A DNA stretch of 64,000 nt from an uncultured Trueperaceae bacterium (GCA_963799485.1 CAWCXJ010000006.1:320001-384000), one strand, 5' to 3'. Shown: positions 18,779 to 28,079, counted from the stretch's first letter. Translations and numbers: made by a program. Notes: generated by a model from the letters alone, not told the origin.

Positions 18779-20935
18779 TTAGATAATAGCGGGGGTATGG
18801 GGTTCGTCGGCGCTGACAATCGGCGATAGGGCGGCGGCGCAAACCTTAAACTCGGGCATCTGACAGTGCGGGTCTAAGGCGTCGCTGGTGAGCTGATTGA
18901 CAATCGCCCAGTGAATCGGCAAAAAGAGCGTGTCGGCGCGAATTTTTTCGCTGAGTTTGACGCGGAAGACCGCGTGGCTGCGGCGCGTCGTAACGCGGGC
19001 AAGGTGGCCCTCGGCGAGGCCGTACGCCCGGGCTGCGTCCGGGTGCAGCTCCAAAACCGGCTCCGGCGCTTTGCTCCGTAAAAGCTTCGTGCGGCGCGTG
19101 TGGTTAGCCGTAAGGTAGTGAAAACGCACGCGCCCGGTAGTAAGCTGAAACGGATAGGTTTCGTCCGGGACTTCAGCGGGCGGACGCACGGGAACGGCGT
19201 GAAAACGGGCGCGCCCGTCCGGATACCCGAAACGCACCTCGAAGGGGCGCGGCGTACCGGGGTGCGTTTCACTGGGGCAGGGCCAAAAGAGCGCTTCGCC
19301 GTCCCGGAGCCGCCCGTAAGTAATCCCGGCATAGTCGGCTTTGGCTCCGGCGGTGGCGCGGCGCAGTTCGTTAAACACCTCTTCAGAGGTCTCGAAAGCA
19401 AAATGCTTGCCCGCGCCGAGACGGGCAGCTAAAGCTTGAATAATTTCAAAGTCGCGGCGGGCACCGTCAGGAGGGCGGCGCAGGGCGTGACGGAGCAGCA
19501 CCCGGCCCTCCAGGTTTGTGGTCGTCCCCGACTCCTCAGCCCAGAGCGACCCCGGCAACACGACGTGCGCCAGCTGCGCGGTTTCGGACATAAACGAATC
19601 GACGACGACGAGGTGTTCTAAGGTCTCGAGATGCTCCCGAACTGCCCCGGCGTTGGGGCTGCTGGCGACCGGGTTCGACCCGAGCACGAACATCCCGCGC
19701 ACGTCGCCGCGTCCGGCGGCTTGCAACAGCTCATAGGCGGACATTCCCGGCCCCGGCAGGTCACGTTCGTCAATCCCCCAGACCGCTGCAATCGCCGCCC
19801 GGTCTCCTGGGTCGGTGATGCTCCGGTAGCCGGGGAGCTGATCGGCTTTCATCCCGTGTTCGCGTCCGCCCTGCCCGTTGGCCTGCCCGGTCAACGTGCC
19901 GTAACCGCCCCCGAGGGCGAGAGCGAGGTTCGTCCAGGCGAGGGTGGTTTCGACGCCGCGCGAGTTCTGGTCGTTGCCGCGCCCGGTGGTGATGAGGGGG
20001 TTTTTGGCGTCAGCGAGAAGAGTTGCGGCGGCTTCCAAGTCTTCGAGTGTAATCCCGGCGGTTTCGGCAAGCTGCTCCAAGCTCGCTCCCTCGAGCGATT
20101 CAACAACTGCCTTAAACCCCGATGTGCGCGCCGCGATAAAGTCCGGGTCGTGCCGGTTGTGGTCTAAAACCCACTTGAGCAGGCCGCTGGCGAGCGCGAG
20201 GTCGCCGCCCGGTTTCACGCTCAGGTGCAGCGCCGCCAAATTCGCCGTAATCGTGCGGCGCGGATCGACGACGATAAACTTCGTTCCCGCCGCCTTCGCG
20301 TCCATGAGGTGGTTCATCATGATGGGCAGACACTCGGCGACGTTCCCGCCGATGATAAGCATCAGGTCGTGGTTTTCAATGTCTTCAAAAGTCATGTTCA
20401 GTCCACGGTCGAGGCCGAACGCCTTGTTTGCGGCGGTAGCAGCAGCCGACATACAGTAACGCCCGTTGTAGTCCACGTTAGGGGTTTGCAGTGCGACCCT
20501 GGCGAATTTGCCGATGAGATAGGTTTTTTCGTTCGTAATCGATGCACCCGAATAAACAGCGTTTGCGGCGGGGCCGTGCGCCGTGCGAGTCTTGTCGAAA
20601 CCCGCCGCCGCGTAGGTCAGGGCCGCCTCCCACGTCGTCGCAACGAGTTCGCCTTCCACGCGAATGAGGGGCTGCGTGAGACGTTCACCGTGGTTTAAGA
20701 GCCCCGCGCTGCTCTGACCGAGGACGCAGAGCTTGCCCCGGTTGATAGGGTGGGCCGTCCCTTTGGCGTGGGCGGTGCCGAGCGGGGTTTCGGAGAGTTC
20801 CATCGCGCAGCCCACAGCGCAGTACGAGCAGTGGGTGGCGGCTTTGCGCGGTTCCAAATCAAGTTCTAAATCTAATGGGCGTGGTTCTGAAGAATGTGGT
20901 TCTAAAGAATGGGGTATGGGGGACGCTCGAGACAT
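18779..20935 (-). CDS. Assimilatory nitrate reductase catalytic subunit (molybdopterin oxidoreductase)
   Basis: THCSYCAVGC...GKLC Fe-S motif, NGRYCMS, LTGQANGQGGRE, LTTGR, DPHCQMPEFK. Confidence 0.93.
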   Translation of the reverse strand: MSRASPIPHSLEPHSSEPRPLDLELDLEPRKAATHCSYCAVGCAMELSETPLGTAHAKGTAHPINRGKLCVLGQSSAGLLNHGERLTQPLIRVEGELVATTWEAALTYAAAGFDKTRTAHGPAANAVYSGASITNEKTYLIGKFARVALQTPNVDYNGRYCMSAAATAANKAFGLDRGLNMTFEDIENHDLMLIIGGNVAECLPIMMNHLMDAKAAGTKFIVVDPRRTITANLAALHLSVKPGGDLALASGLLKWVLDHNRHDPDFIAARTSGFKAVVESLEGASLEQLAETAGITLEDLEAAATLLADAKNPLITTGRGNDQNSRGVETTLAWTNLALALGGGYGTLTGQANGQGGREHGMKADQLPGYRSITDPGDRAAIAAVWGIDERDLPGPGMSAYELLQAAGRGDVRGMFVLGSNPVASSPNAGAVREHLETLEHLVVVDSFMSETAQLAHVVLPGSLWAEESGTTTNLEGRVLLRHALRRPPDGARRDFEIIQALAARLGAGKHFAFETSEEVFNELRRATAGAKADYAGITYGRLRDGEALFWPCPSETHPGTPRPFEVRFGYPDGRARFHAVPVRPPAEVPDETYPFQLTTGRVRFHYLTANHTRRTKLLRSKAPEPVLELHPDAARAYGLAEGHLARVTTRRSHAVFRVKLSEKIRADTLFLPIHWAIVNQLTSDALDPHCQMPEFKVCAAALSPIVSADEPHTPAII

Positions 20936-21045
20936 GCGTTCCTCCTTCTGGTTACAAATGGGGTACCAGCGTTTGCGGGGTAACGTAATCTTTTGGGTGT
21001 CGGGAGAGGCCGTAATCTCGCCTGTGCTTAGGTTATAGCAATATA

Positions 21046-21146
21046 TTGCAATTTGTCAACGGTAAGTTTGACAAATTGCAAAACCAGTTAGACGAGTATG
21101 CTAGTTTTCGGTAGTATAGTGCAAACTGTAATGAAAAATAGTTACA
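21046..21146. promoter_or_regulatory. Two palindromic operator candidates upstream of the nitrate operon
   Basis: Perfect 14-bp IR TTGCAATTTGTCAA-N8-TTGACAAATTGCAA (21046-21081), plus TGTAA-N10-TTACA (21127-21146). Confidence 0.7.
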
Positions 21147-21243
21147 TCCTGCCAAATCAATTGCGACACTTTACATGCCAAATGAACCGCTCGCAGGTAG
21201 CGTTTCCGAGTTTTGCAAAGGTTTTGGAGAAAATTTGGCTAGT

Positions 21244-21909
21244 TTAAGCTAACTTGACCCAGTAAGCGACGACGACGCCTATGGGCTCGAGCCCATCTGG
21301 TTGCGGCCTCATCACCGCGCCGTTCTCAGGGCCAAACCGGTGTAACTCAGAGCTGCCTAGAGTGTCGCTCAGCAAAACCCGGCAGGTCTGTCCGGCGTGT
21401 TGGGTAAGTGCCACCCCTACGTCGTTTTCTTGCGGTGTTTGTGCTTTGTTAAAGATGATAAGCGTCCCGGTGTTCAAGCGGTGACGCAAACTTTCGCTGG
21501 AAAAATCAGAAAGAGCAACGGCGAAAGCGCACAGCGCTGCGCTGCTAAGACTACCCAGCAGCGTTTGGGGAACAGACACCGGCGGGAGGCCGGGCTCGAG
21601 GCGCTCGACCTGAACCGGGTCATCATTGCTGTGTTCGGTCGCCTTGTCCGGATAAGTGGCAATCAAACCGTAAAACGCGCCGCTCGGCAGTTGTAGCAGG
21701 GCGCGGAGGGTCTCGAGGCGCTCGAACGAGAGCTGCGAGACGCTGTAGTCGTCCGCTTCGATTTTTTGCACGAGCGACGGACTTACCCCCCACAACTCGG
21801 CAAACTCCCGCTGCGTCACCCCCTGATAGGCACGCCAGCGCTTCACCCAGTAGCAGAAGGTGCTGCTACCCGGCGGGGGAGTGGTGCGGCGTAGGGTCGT
21901 GCGGGCCAT
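21244..21909 (-). CDS. XRE-family HTH regulator with degenerate S24 (LexA/CI-like) C-terminal domain
   Basis: VKRWRAYQGVTQREFAELWGVSPSLVQKIE HTH; C-terminal pattern AFAV...GTLIIF...P.ENDVGVA...IGVVV; start uncertain (21909 or 21948). Confidence 0.75.
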   Translation of the reverse strand: MARTTLRRTTPPPGSSTFCYWVKRWRAYQGVTQREFAELWGVSPSLVQKIEADDYSVSQLSFERLETLRALLQLPSGAFYGLIATYPDKATEHSNDDPVQVERLEPGLPPVSVPQTLLGSLSSAALCAFAVALSDFSSESLRHRLNTGTLIIFNKAQTPQENDVGVALTQHAGQTCRVLLSDTLGSSELHRFGPENGAVMRPQPDGLEPIGVVVAYWVKLA

Positions 21910-22140
21910 TGCGAGCGGTCTTTGGCTCCAGCCTAACGTATAAGGCAACAGTGCCGCAACTCAGTCAGCTTGCGCCGAATCCGGAACCGAGTTATGACTG
22001 GCGCTGGATTTTGAGAAAGGCCCGCCACCCTGCACGGTGGGCTGGCGCATCTTTGAAAACCTCTGAAATGTGCTTTCTCCCTATACCGGTTGCGCGCTTT
22101 TTTGTCATGATGTAGCAATGAATAGGGGCCGGTCGACATC

Positions 22141-23013
22141 GTGAAGCTTTTTGAGCAACCCCTGCGTCTAGGGGTTACGGCAATCTTTTTGGGCTATCTG
22201 GCGCTCGGCACAGTACAATCTGCACAACCTGTACGACCTGCCCAACCCATCCAAAAGGACACAGCCCGGCCCGCGGCGGCAGAACCCGACGTCTTGCCCC
22301 CGAACGTTACGGGTTCGGCGCGGACTGCCCCGGTGCCCGAACGGGCGCTGCCCGACCTGAAGCCGCTCGAGCCTTACGACATCTACACCGTCGGCAGCCG
22401 CGCCACGGGCGACTTGCGGCTCAAGTTCGCCACGACTATCTATAACGCCGGGCGCGGTCCGCTAGAGACGCGCGGCGCGCGCACTCCGGGGGGACAGCTC
22501 GCGGTCTATCAGTACGTCTACGAAGGTGAAGCTGCCAAACGGGGCCGCCCGGTCGGAACGTTCGACTACAACCAACGCCACGGGCATCTTCACTTGGAGG
22601 CGTTCGCCCGCTACGAACTGTGGACGGTGGGTGCTGACGGCGGGCTCTCGGAGCGCGTCGCCGATAACCAAAAGGTCGGCTTTTGCCTGATGGACCTTAA
22701 GGACATGACGAGCGACACGACGCACCTCGAGAGTGGCCCGCTCGAGCAAGCAGGCGGCCCTGTCTACGCGGGGTGCCGCGAAGACATCCAGGGGATTTCA
22801 CCGGGTTGGGGCGACGAATACGTCGCGCTTTTATACGAGCAAGACCTCGACCTGACCGAAGTGCCGGAGGGCCGCTACGCGCTCGTGGTTACCACAAACC
22901 CGAACCAAAAAATCGAAGAAGCAAGTTACGAGAACAACACTGCGACGGTTTACTTGACGCTTGCAGATGAACAGGTCGTCGGGTCTCCTGAAGGGGCGGC
23001 AAACGGCAACTAG
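22141..23013 (+). CDS. Secreted lysyl oxidase family protein
   Basis: Signal-like N-terminus; LPDL, HGHLH, KVGFCLMD, QGISPGWGDEY, NP...E..YENN. Confidence 0.88.
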   Translation: MKLFEQPLRLGVTAIFLGYLALGTVQSAQPVRPAQPIQKDTARPAAAEPDVLPPNVTGSARTAPVPERALPDLKPLEPYDIYTVGSRATGDLRLKFATTIYNAGRGPLETRGARTPGGQLAVYQYVYEGEAAKRGRPVGTFDYNQRHGHLHLEAFARYELWTVGADGGLSERVADNQKVGFCLMDLKDMTSDTTHLESGPLEQAGGPVYAGCREDIQGISPGWGDEYVALLYEQDLDLTEVPEGRYALVVTTNPNQKIEEASYENNTATVYLTLADEQVVGSPEGAANGN

Positions 23014-23061
23014 GCCGGACTGGCAAGGTACGTACAGGCAAGGTACTGCGACGTAAAACGC

Positions 23062-24069
23062 TCAAGGTAACGTCAGCTCGCCGCGCAAGTTTTCTTGCAT
23101 CTTGAGCCGTACAGTCTCCGGGTCGAACCCCTGCCCGAGCAAGTAAGTGAGTTTGGTCAGCGCCGCCTCGGGGGTCAGGTCAAAGCCACTTGTCACGCCC
23201 GCCGCCGCCAGGCTCTGCCCGGTCGCGTAGCTTTTCATCACCACGCCGCCCTGCCAGCACTGCGTGCAGTTGATGATAACGACGCCCCGCGTCGTGGCCC
23301 CCTCGAGCACCGCCAGAAAGTCCGGGTCTCGGGGAGCGTTGCCGCTGCCGTAGGTTTCCAAAACCAGACCCTGCAAAGGTTCACGGAGTACGTTGCGTAA
23401 GATATTAGCGCTGACGCCGGGAAACACCCTGAACGCGCCGACGCTGACGGGCGCGAGCGTTTTGACGACGAGCGGCGCGGTCGCCGGGGGTAAAAGTAGA
23501 CTGTGCTCGAGCTCGATCTCGACGCCGACGCGTCCGAGCGGGGGCGCATTGGGTGAACTGAACGCACCGAAGCCCGACGCGGAGACCTTGCGGGCGCGGC
23601 TCCCTCGGAGGAGGACGCCGCTAAAGTACAGACCCACTTCGGCGAGTGGCGCGTTTGCCGCGAGCAAGAGCGCAGTAATGAGGTTTTCGCGCCCGTCGCT
23701 ACGGAGTTCTGAGAGCGGAATCTGCGAGCCGGTCAGAACGACGGGTTTGGCGAGATTTTGGAGCATAAACGAGAGCGCCGAAGCGCTGTAGGCCATCGTA
23801 TCGGTACCGTGCAGCACCACAAAACCGTCGAACGCGTTGTAGTTTTGGGCAATATCGCCTGCGATACGCGCCCAGTTGTCCGGCGACATCTCGGCAGAGT
23901 CCAAAAGCGGGGCGTATTCGTGAAGCGTTACGCGGGGCAGTTCAGCGGCGTCAAAAGGCGCAGCCCGGAGCTGCTCCGCTAAAAAACCGGGAGCCGGGCG
24001 GTAGCCTCCGGCGGTGCGTTTCATCCCGATGGTGCCGCCTGTATAGGCGATATAAACAGAGCGGCTCAC
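23062..24069 (-). CDS. ansA: Type I L-asparaginase
   Basis: YTGGTIGM, HGTDTMAY, TGSQIPL, TYGSGNAP, NLRGEL. Confidence 0.96.
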   Translation of the reverse strand: MSRSVYIAYTGGTIGMKRTAGGYRPAPGFLAEQLRAAPFDAAELPRVTLHEYAPLLDSAEMSPDNWARIAGDIAQNYNAFDGFVVLHGTDTMAYSASALSFMLQNLAKPVVLTGSQIPLSELRSDGRENLITALLLAANAPLAEVGLYFSGVLLRGSRARKVSASGFGAFSSPNAPPLGRVGVEIELEHSLLLPPATAPLVVKTLAPVSVGAFRVFPGVSANILRNVLREPLQGLVLETYGSGNAPRDPDFLAVLEGATTRGVVIINCTQCWQGGVVMKSYATGQSLAAAGVTSGFDLTPEAALTKLTYLLGQGFDPETVRLKMQENLRGELTLP

Positions 24070-24093
24070 GCGGGCCAGTGTACCCTGTTCGGA

Positions 24094-25110
24094 TTAACCG
24101 TTGCGGTAGAGATAGCTGTAGGCGTTGATGGCAGGCACGCCGCCCAGATGCGCGTAAAGCACTTTGGAACCCTCCGGAAAAAACCCTTTGCGGGTCAGGT
24201 CGATCATGCCCTGCACCGATTTTCCCTCGTACACCGGGTCGGTCATCATGCCCTCGGTGCGCGCACACAAGCGGATCGCGGCGTTGGTTTCTTCCGAAGG
24301 AACGCCGTAAGTCGGGTACGCGTACTCGGTTTTGAGAACCACGTCTTCTGCGGTCAGGAGCTGACCCAACTCGACTTTTACGGCAGTGTCGTTGGCGATA
24401 CGCAAAACCTGAGCGTGGGTCTGTTCCGGCGTCGCCGAGGCGTCGATGCCGATGACGTTCCGGGCGCGCCCGTCGGCGGCAAAACCGACGAGCATCCCTG
24501 CGTGGGTCGAACCCGTGACGGTGCAGACCACGATGTAATCGAAGGTAACGCCCATGTCTGCTTCTTGCTGCCGCACCTCGTCGGCAAAACCGACAAAACC
24601 GAGACCACCCAGGGGATGGTCAGACGCGCCCGCCGGAATCGGATAAGGTTTGCCGCCTCTGGCTCGAATATCCTCTAACGCCCGTTCCCAGCTCTCCCGA
24701 ATCCCGATGTCGAAGCCTTCATCGACCAGTTCGATTTCCGCACCCAGCACCCGCGACATCAGGATATTGCCCACCCGGTCGTACACCGCGTCGTTAAACG
24801 GCACCCAGCTCTCTTGTACCAAACGGCACTTGAGCCCGAGTTTAGCCGCGACTGCTGCGACCTGACGGGTGTGGTTGGACTGCACCCCGCCGATAGTCAC
24901 CAACGTGTCGCAGCCTTGCGCGAGTGCGTCGGGGATGAGGTACTCGAGCTTCCTCACCTTGTTCCCGCCGAAGGCAAGGCCGCTGTTACAATCCTCGCGC
25001 TTGGCGTAGAGCTCGACCTTACCGCCCAGATGCTCTGAAAGCCGGGACAGCTTTTCAATGGGCGTCGGGCCGAACAGCAGCGGGTAACGGTCAAACTTAG
25101 CCAGGTTCAT
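24094..25110 (-). CDS. acdS: 1-aminocyclopropane-1-carboxylate deaminase
   Basis: [30 protein letters not shown] (diagnostic Glu) and YAHLGG (diagnostic Leu); 338 aa. Confidence 0.96.
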   Translation of the reverse strand: MNLAKFDRYPLLFGPTPIEKLSRLSEHLGGKVELYAKREDCNSGLAFGGNKVRKLEYLIPDALAQGCDTLVTIGGVQSNHTRQVAAVAAKLGLKCRLVQESWVPFNDAVYDRVGNILMSRVLGAEIELVDEGFDIGIRESWERALEDIRARGGKPYPIPAGASDHPLGGLGFVGFADEVRQQEADMGVTFDYIVVCTVTGSTHAGMLVGFAADGRARNVIGIDASATPEQTHAQVLRIANDTAVKVELGQLLTAEDVVLKTEYAYPTYGVPSEETNAAIRLCARTEGMMTDPVYEGKSVQGMIDLTRKGFFPEGSKVLYAHLGGVPAINAYSYLYRNG

Positions 25111-25137
25111 GGATCATCCTTCAGCCGAATATACCGG

Positions 25138-25827
25138 CTACGCTGCGTGCGCGCCGAGGTGTTGATTGAAAAACGTAAGCGTCCTCACCCACGCATCTTC
25201 CGAAGCTGCCGCGTCGTAGCTGCGCCCCTGCGCGTTAAAAAACGAGTGTTTCGCGCCCCCGTAAACCTTGATATCGTGCGGCACTTCGTGCTTTTCCAAA
25301 ACAGCCGCCAGTTTTTCGCCCTGACCTTTGGTAAAGTCTTTTTCCGGATACGAACCGACGACCGGACAGCTGCGTTTTACGGCCTCCAGCGGACGCGGGT
25401 TCATCCCGTAAAAGGGTGCAATCGCGCCCAAACGCTCATCCGTACACGCCCACGCGATCGCCAACCCTCCGCCCATACAAAAGCCGATGGCCCCCAAACG
25501 TTCAGCATCGACCTCCGCTTGTCCGGCCAAAAAGCTCAGCGCAGCTTTGAGGTCAGCAATACCCACGTGTTCGAGAGAGTGAAAAAGCATCCCGTTCATC
25601 AGGCGCGCCATACAGAGCGCGCGGTTACGCCCGCCGAAAAGGTCTACAGCGAGAGCCGCGTACCCGGCCTCGGCAAAACGTTGTGCAACATTTCTGGTAC
25701 TTTCGTTCAGGCCAAAAATCTCGTGGATGACGACGACGGCGGGAAACGGCCCAGACCCTTCCGGACGAGCGTAAAAAGCGGGCAGGGTACTTTTACCTGA
25801 CGGAAAAGACAGCTCACGTTTGACCAT
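25138..25827 (-). CDS. Dienelactone hydrolase family protein
   Basis: VIHEIFGL, GFCMGG, HSFFN. Confidence 0.94.
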   Translation of the reverse strand: MVKRELSFPSGKSTLPAFYARPEGSGPFPAVVVIHEIFGLNESTRNVAQRFAEAGYAALAVDLFGGRNRALCMARLMNGMLFHSLEHVGIADLKAALSFLAGQAEVDAERLGAIGFCMGGGLAIAWACTDERLGAIAPFYGMNPRPLEAVKRSCPVVGSYPEKDFTKGQGEKLAAVLEKHEVPHDIKVYGGAKHSFFNAQGRSYDAAASEDAWVRTLTFFNQHLGAHAA

Positions 25828-25924
25828 AACCGATTCTAGCGGTTGGGGCAGGCTGCGTAGGTCGGTCCGTAAAAGAGACGCTGCACGCGACTTGTTGTTT
25901 CTTGTCCTGGCTTAAGCTTAAAAG

Positions 25925-26485
25925 ATGAAAATCTATACCCGCACCGGCGACAAAGGCATCACCGCGCTCTACGGCGGTCAGCGCGTCCCGAAAGATGCCA
26001 GCCGCGTCGAGGCTTACGGCACCGTCGATGAAGCGAACGCACTTTTGGGCGTCGCCCGTACCCAGCTCGGCGACTTATCAAGCTTTGACGTACTGCTTAC
26101 CGAGTTGCAGAGCGCCCTTTTCGATGTGGGGGCCGACCTGGCGACGCCCGAACCCCGTTACCGCACTAACATCGTCCCGCTTAGTGAAAAAGACGTGGCG
26201 GGACTCGAGGCCCACATCGACCGTCTCGCGGCCGATTTGCCCGAGCTGCGCGCCTTTATCCTCCCCGGCGGACACCCGGCGTCGGCAAGTTTGCATCACG
26301 CCCGCACGGTGGTGCGCCGCGCCGAACGCCGCACCGCCACACTGTCGCACACCGAGCCCATCAACCCGCAGGTTACGGTTTACCTCAACCGACTTTCCGA
26401 CCTGCTCTTCGTTTTGGCGAGGGCCGTAAACGTGGCGGCTGGCATTCAAGACCCCGAGTGGCAGGCGCGGAAGCCCATAAAATAA
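25925..26485 (+). CDS. PduO-type cob(I)alamin adenosyltransferase
   Basis: MKIYTRTGDKG, AYGTVDEAN, RTVVRRAER, YLNRLSDLLF. Confidence 0.95.
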   Translation: MKIYTRTGDKGITALYGGQRVPKDASRVEAYGTVDEANALLGVARTQLGDLSSFDVLLTELQSALFDVGADLATPEPRYRTNIVPLSEKDVAGLEAHIDRLAADLPELRAFILPGGHPASASLHHARTVVRRAERRTATLSHTEPINPQVTVYLNRLSDLLFVLARAVNVAAGIQDPEWQARKPIK

Positions 26486-26498
26486 TGGATGCGGGCTA

Positions 26499-27272
26499 GT
26501 GCGCGTCGTCTCGCTTGCGTGTTCGAATACCGAAATCGTCTGCGCGCTGGGCTGCGCCGACCTGCTCGTCGCAGTAGACGACCATTCGGATTTTCCGGGG
26601 GAGGTCGTCTCTGAACTGCCACGTGTCGGGCCGGATTTGAGTATTGACGTTGACGCGGTACTGGCTTTAGCACCCGACCTGGTGCTGGCATCTTTGACTG
26701 TTCCCGGACATGAGCGGGTCGTGGCGAGTTTGGCAGAAACGGGGCTCGAGCTCATGGTGCTCGAGCCCGTATCTCTAAAAGATGTTTACGCCAGTATCCG
26801 CGAAATCGCGCACGCGCTAGGTGTCGCCGAACGCGGTGAAACGCTCGTTTGCGACATGCAAGGTGAACTTATCGACCGGGGTTTTGCGGCGAAAAAGCCT
26901 CGAGTCCTCGTGCAGTGGTGGAACCGCCCGACGATTGCCCCCGGTGCGCTCAGCTGGGTGACGGATTTGCTGGATTTGGTGGGCGCAGAAAACCCCATCG
27001 GCAAACGGGTCAAAAGCCGCCCCATCAGCGACGATGAACTCGCCTTTCTCAACCCGGACGCGATTGTCGTGTCGTGGTGCGGGGTGAAGCCGGAAAAGTA
27101 CCGGCCTGAGGTGGTGGCGCGAAATCCAGCTTGGCAGCAAGTCGAGGCGGTTAAGCAAGGTCATATTTTCGCCGTGCCGGAGGCGTACTTGGGGCGTCCG
27201 GGGCCGCGTTTGATCCACGGTTACCGGGCACTCGCTGGAATTGTGCAAAAGGTCAGAAGGGGGAACGTATGA
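26499..27272 (+). CDS. Cobalamin-binding helical-backbone protein (BtuF-like)
   Basis: RVVSLACSNTEIVCALG, PDLVLAS, RPGPRL; no signal peptide. Confidence 0.85.
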   Translation: MRVVSLACSNTEIVCALGCADLLVAVDDHSDFPGEVVSELPRVGPDLSIDVDAVLALAPDLVLASLTVPGHERVVASLAETGLELMVLEPVSLKDVYASIREIAHALGVAERGETLVCDMQGELIDRGFAAKKPRVLVQWWNRPTIAPGALSWVTDLLDLVGAENPIGKRVKSRPISDDELAFLNPDAIVVSWCGVKPEKYRPEVVARNPAWQQVEAVKQGHIFAVPEAYLGRPGPRLIHGYRALAGIVQKVRRGNV

Positions 27273-27290
27273 AGATTGCCAGTTTGTCAC

Positions 27291-28055
27291 CTACCTCGAG
27301 CTGGTCAATTGACCTAGAACAGCACGAACTGCTGAAATAGGAATACGCCCATAACTCGCTACTTCGAGAGACAGATTTAATCTCATTTTCCACAAGAGTT
27401 GCTTATCTAGCCGGTCATGCCACCGCTTTAGTGCCAGGTCGAGTGCGGGCGTATCGAGGCTTGCACACTCTGCTTCCAGTGACCCCCAGCCCGAGTTGCC
27501 CCAGTCGATGATGCCGACAAAGCTTTCATCGTCAACCATAATATTGTCTGCGTAAGCGTCACCGTGAATATAGCAAGGTGTCTGCACAAGCTGAGATTCA
27601 GAAAGGAGCGTGTATAATTGTGCCCTCTCAGCTTTAGACCACTTCGCCGCATTCTGTGTTTTACCGATAAGACTCGTAGCTCCCGTCCAAGCTTTTATGG
27701 GTTCTTCCAGAGGCTCTAAAGGGGTTTGCTGTAACAGCTCGAGTGTACCGAACAGCTCGTCCCAAAGCTCAAGTGAGCAGGTTCCAGGGTTTTGGAGCGG
27801 CTGACCGGGTAAGCGTTCCCAAATGCTGTATGTTTTGTCCCAAGCAACAGGTTTTGCTGTTTTTATACCCAAATCAAAGGCTTTGAGACCCAACTTGGCT
27901 TCGTGTTCATGATCAATATATTCGGCAATTTCAGGACGAACAACCCGTAAAACGAAGTCATCTGTTAAATACACCAGATTGACACTTTGTTTTTTCAAGG
28001 TTACGAGATGAGCAGCAGGAAGGTTGTTTCGGTCAAAATAATCGACTGGCTTCAT
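27291..28055 (-). CDS. Aminoglycoside phosphotransferase (APH)-like kinase
   Basis: HGDAYADNI and IIDWG motifs; more AT-rich than flanks. Confidence 0.85.
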   Translation of the reverse strand: MKPVDYFDRNNLPAAHLVTLKKQSVNLVYLTDDFVLRVVRPEIAEYIDHEHEAKLGLKAFDLGIKTAKPVAWDKTYSIWERLPGQPLQNPGTCSLELWDELFGTLELLQQTPLEPLEEPIKAWTGATSLIGKTQNAAKWSKAERAQLYTLLSESQLVQTPCYIHGDAYADNIMVDDESFVGIIDWGNSGWGSLEAECASLDTPALDLALKRWHDRLDKQLLWKMRLNLSLEVASYGRIPISAVRAVLGQLTSSR

Positions 28056-28079
28056 CCATAAACCATACTAGGTTTGATA

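Noticed and set aside
25828..25924. Cobalamin riboswitch upstream of the B12 genes
   Set aside because: Region is under 100 nt, the gene appears leaderless, and no B12-box was recognised
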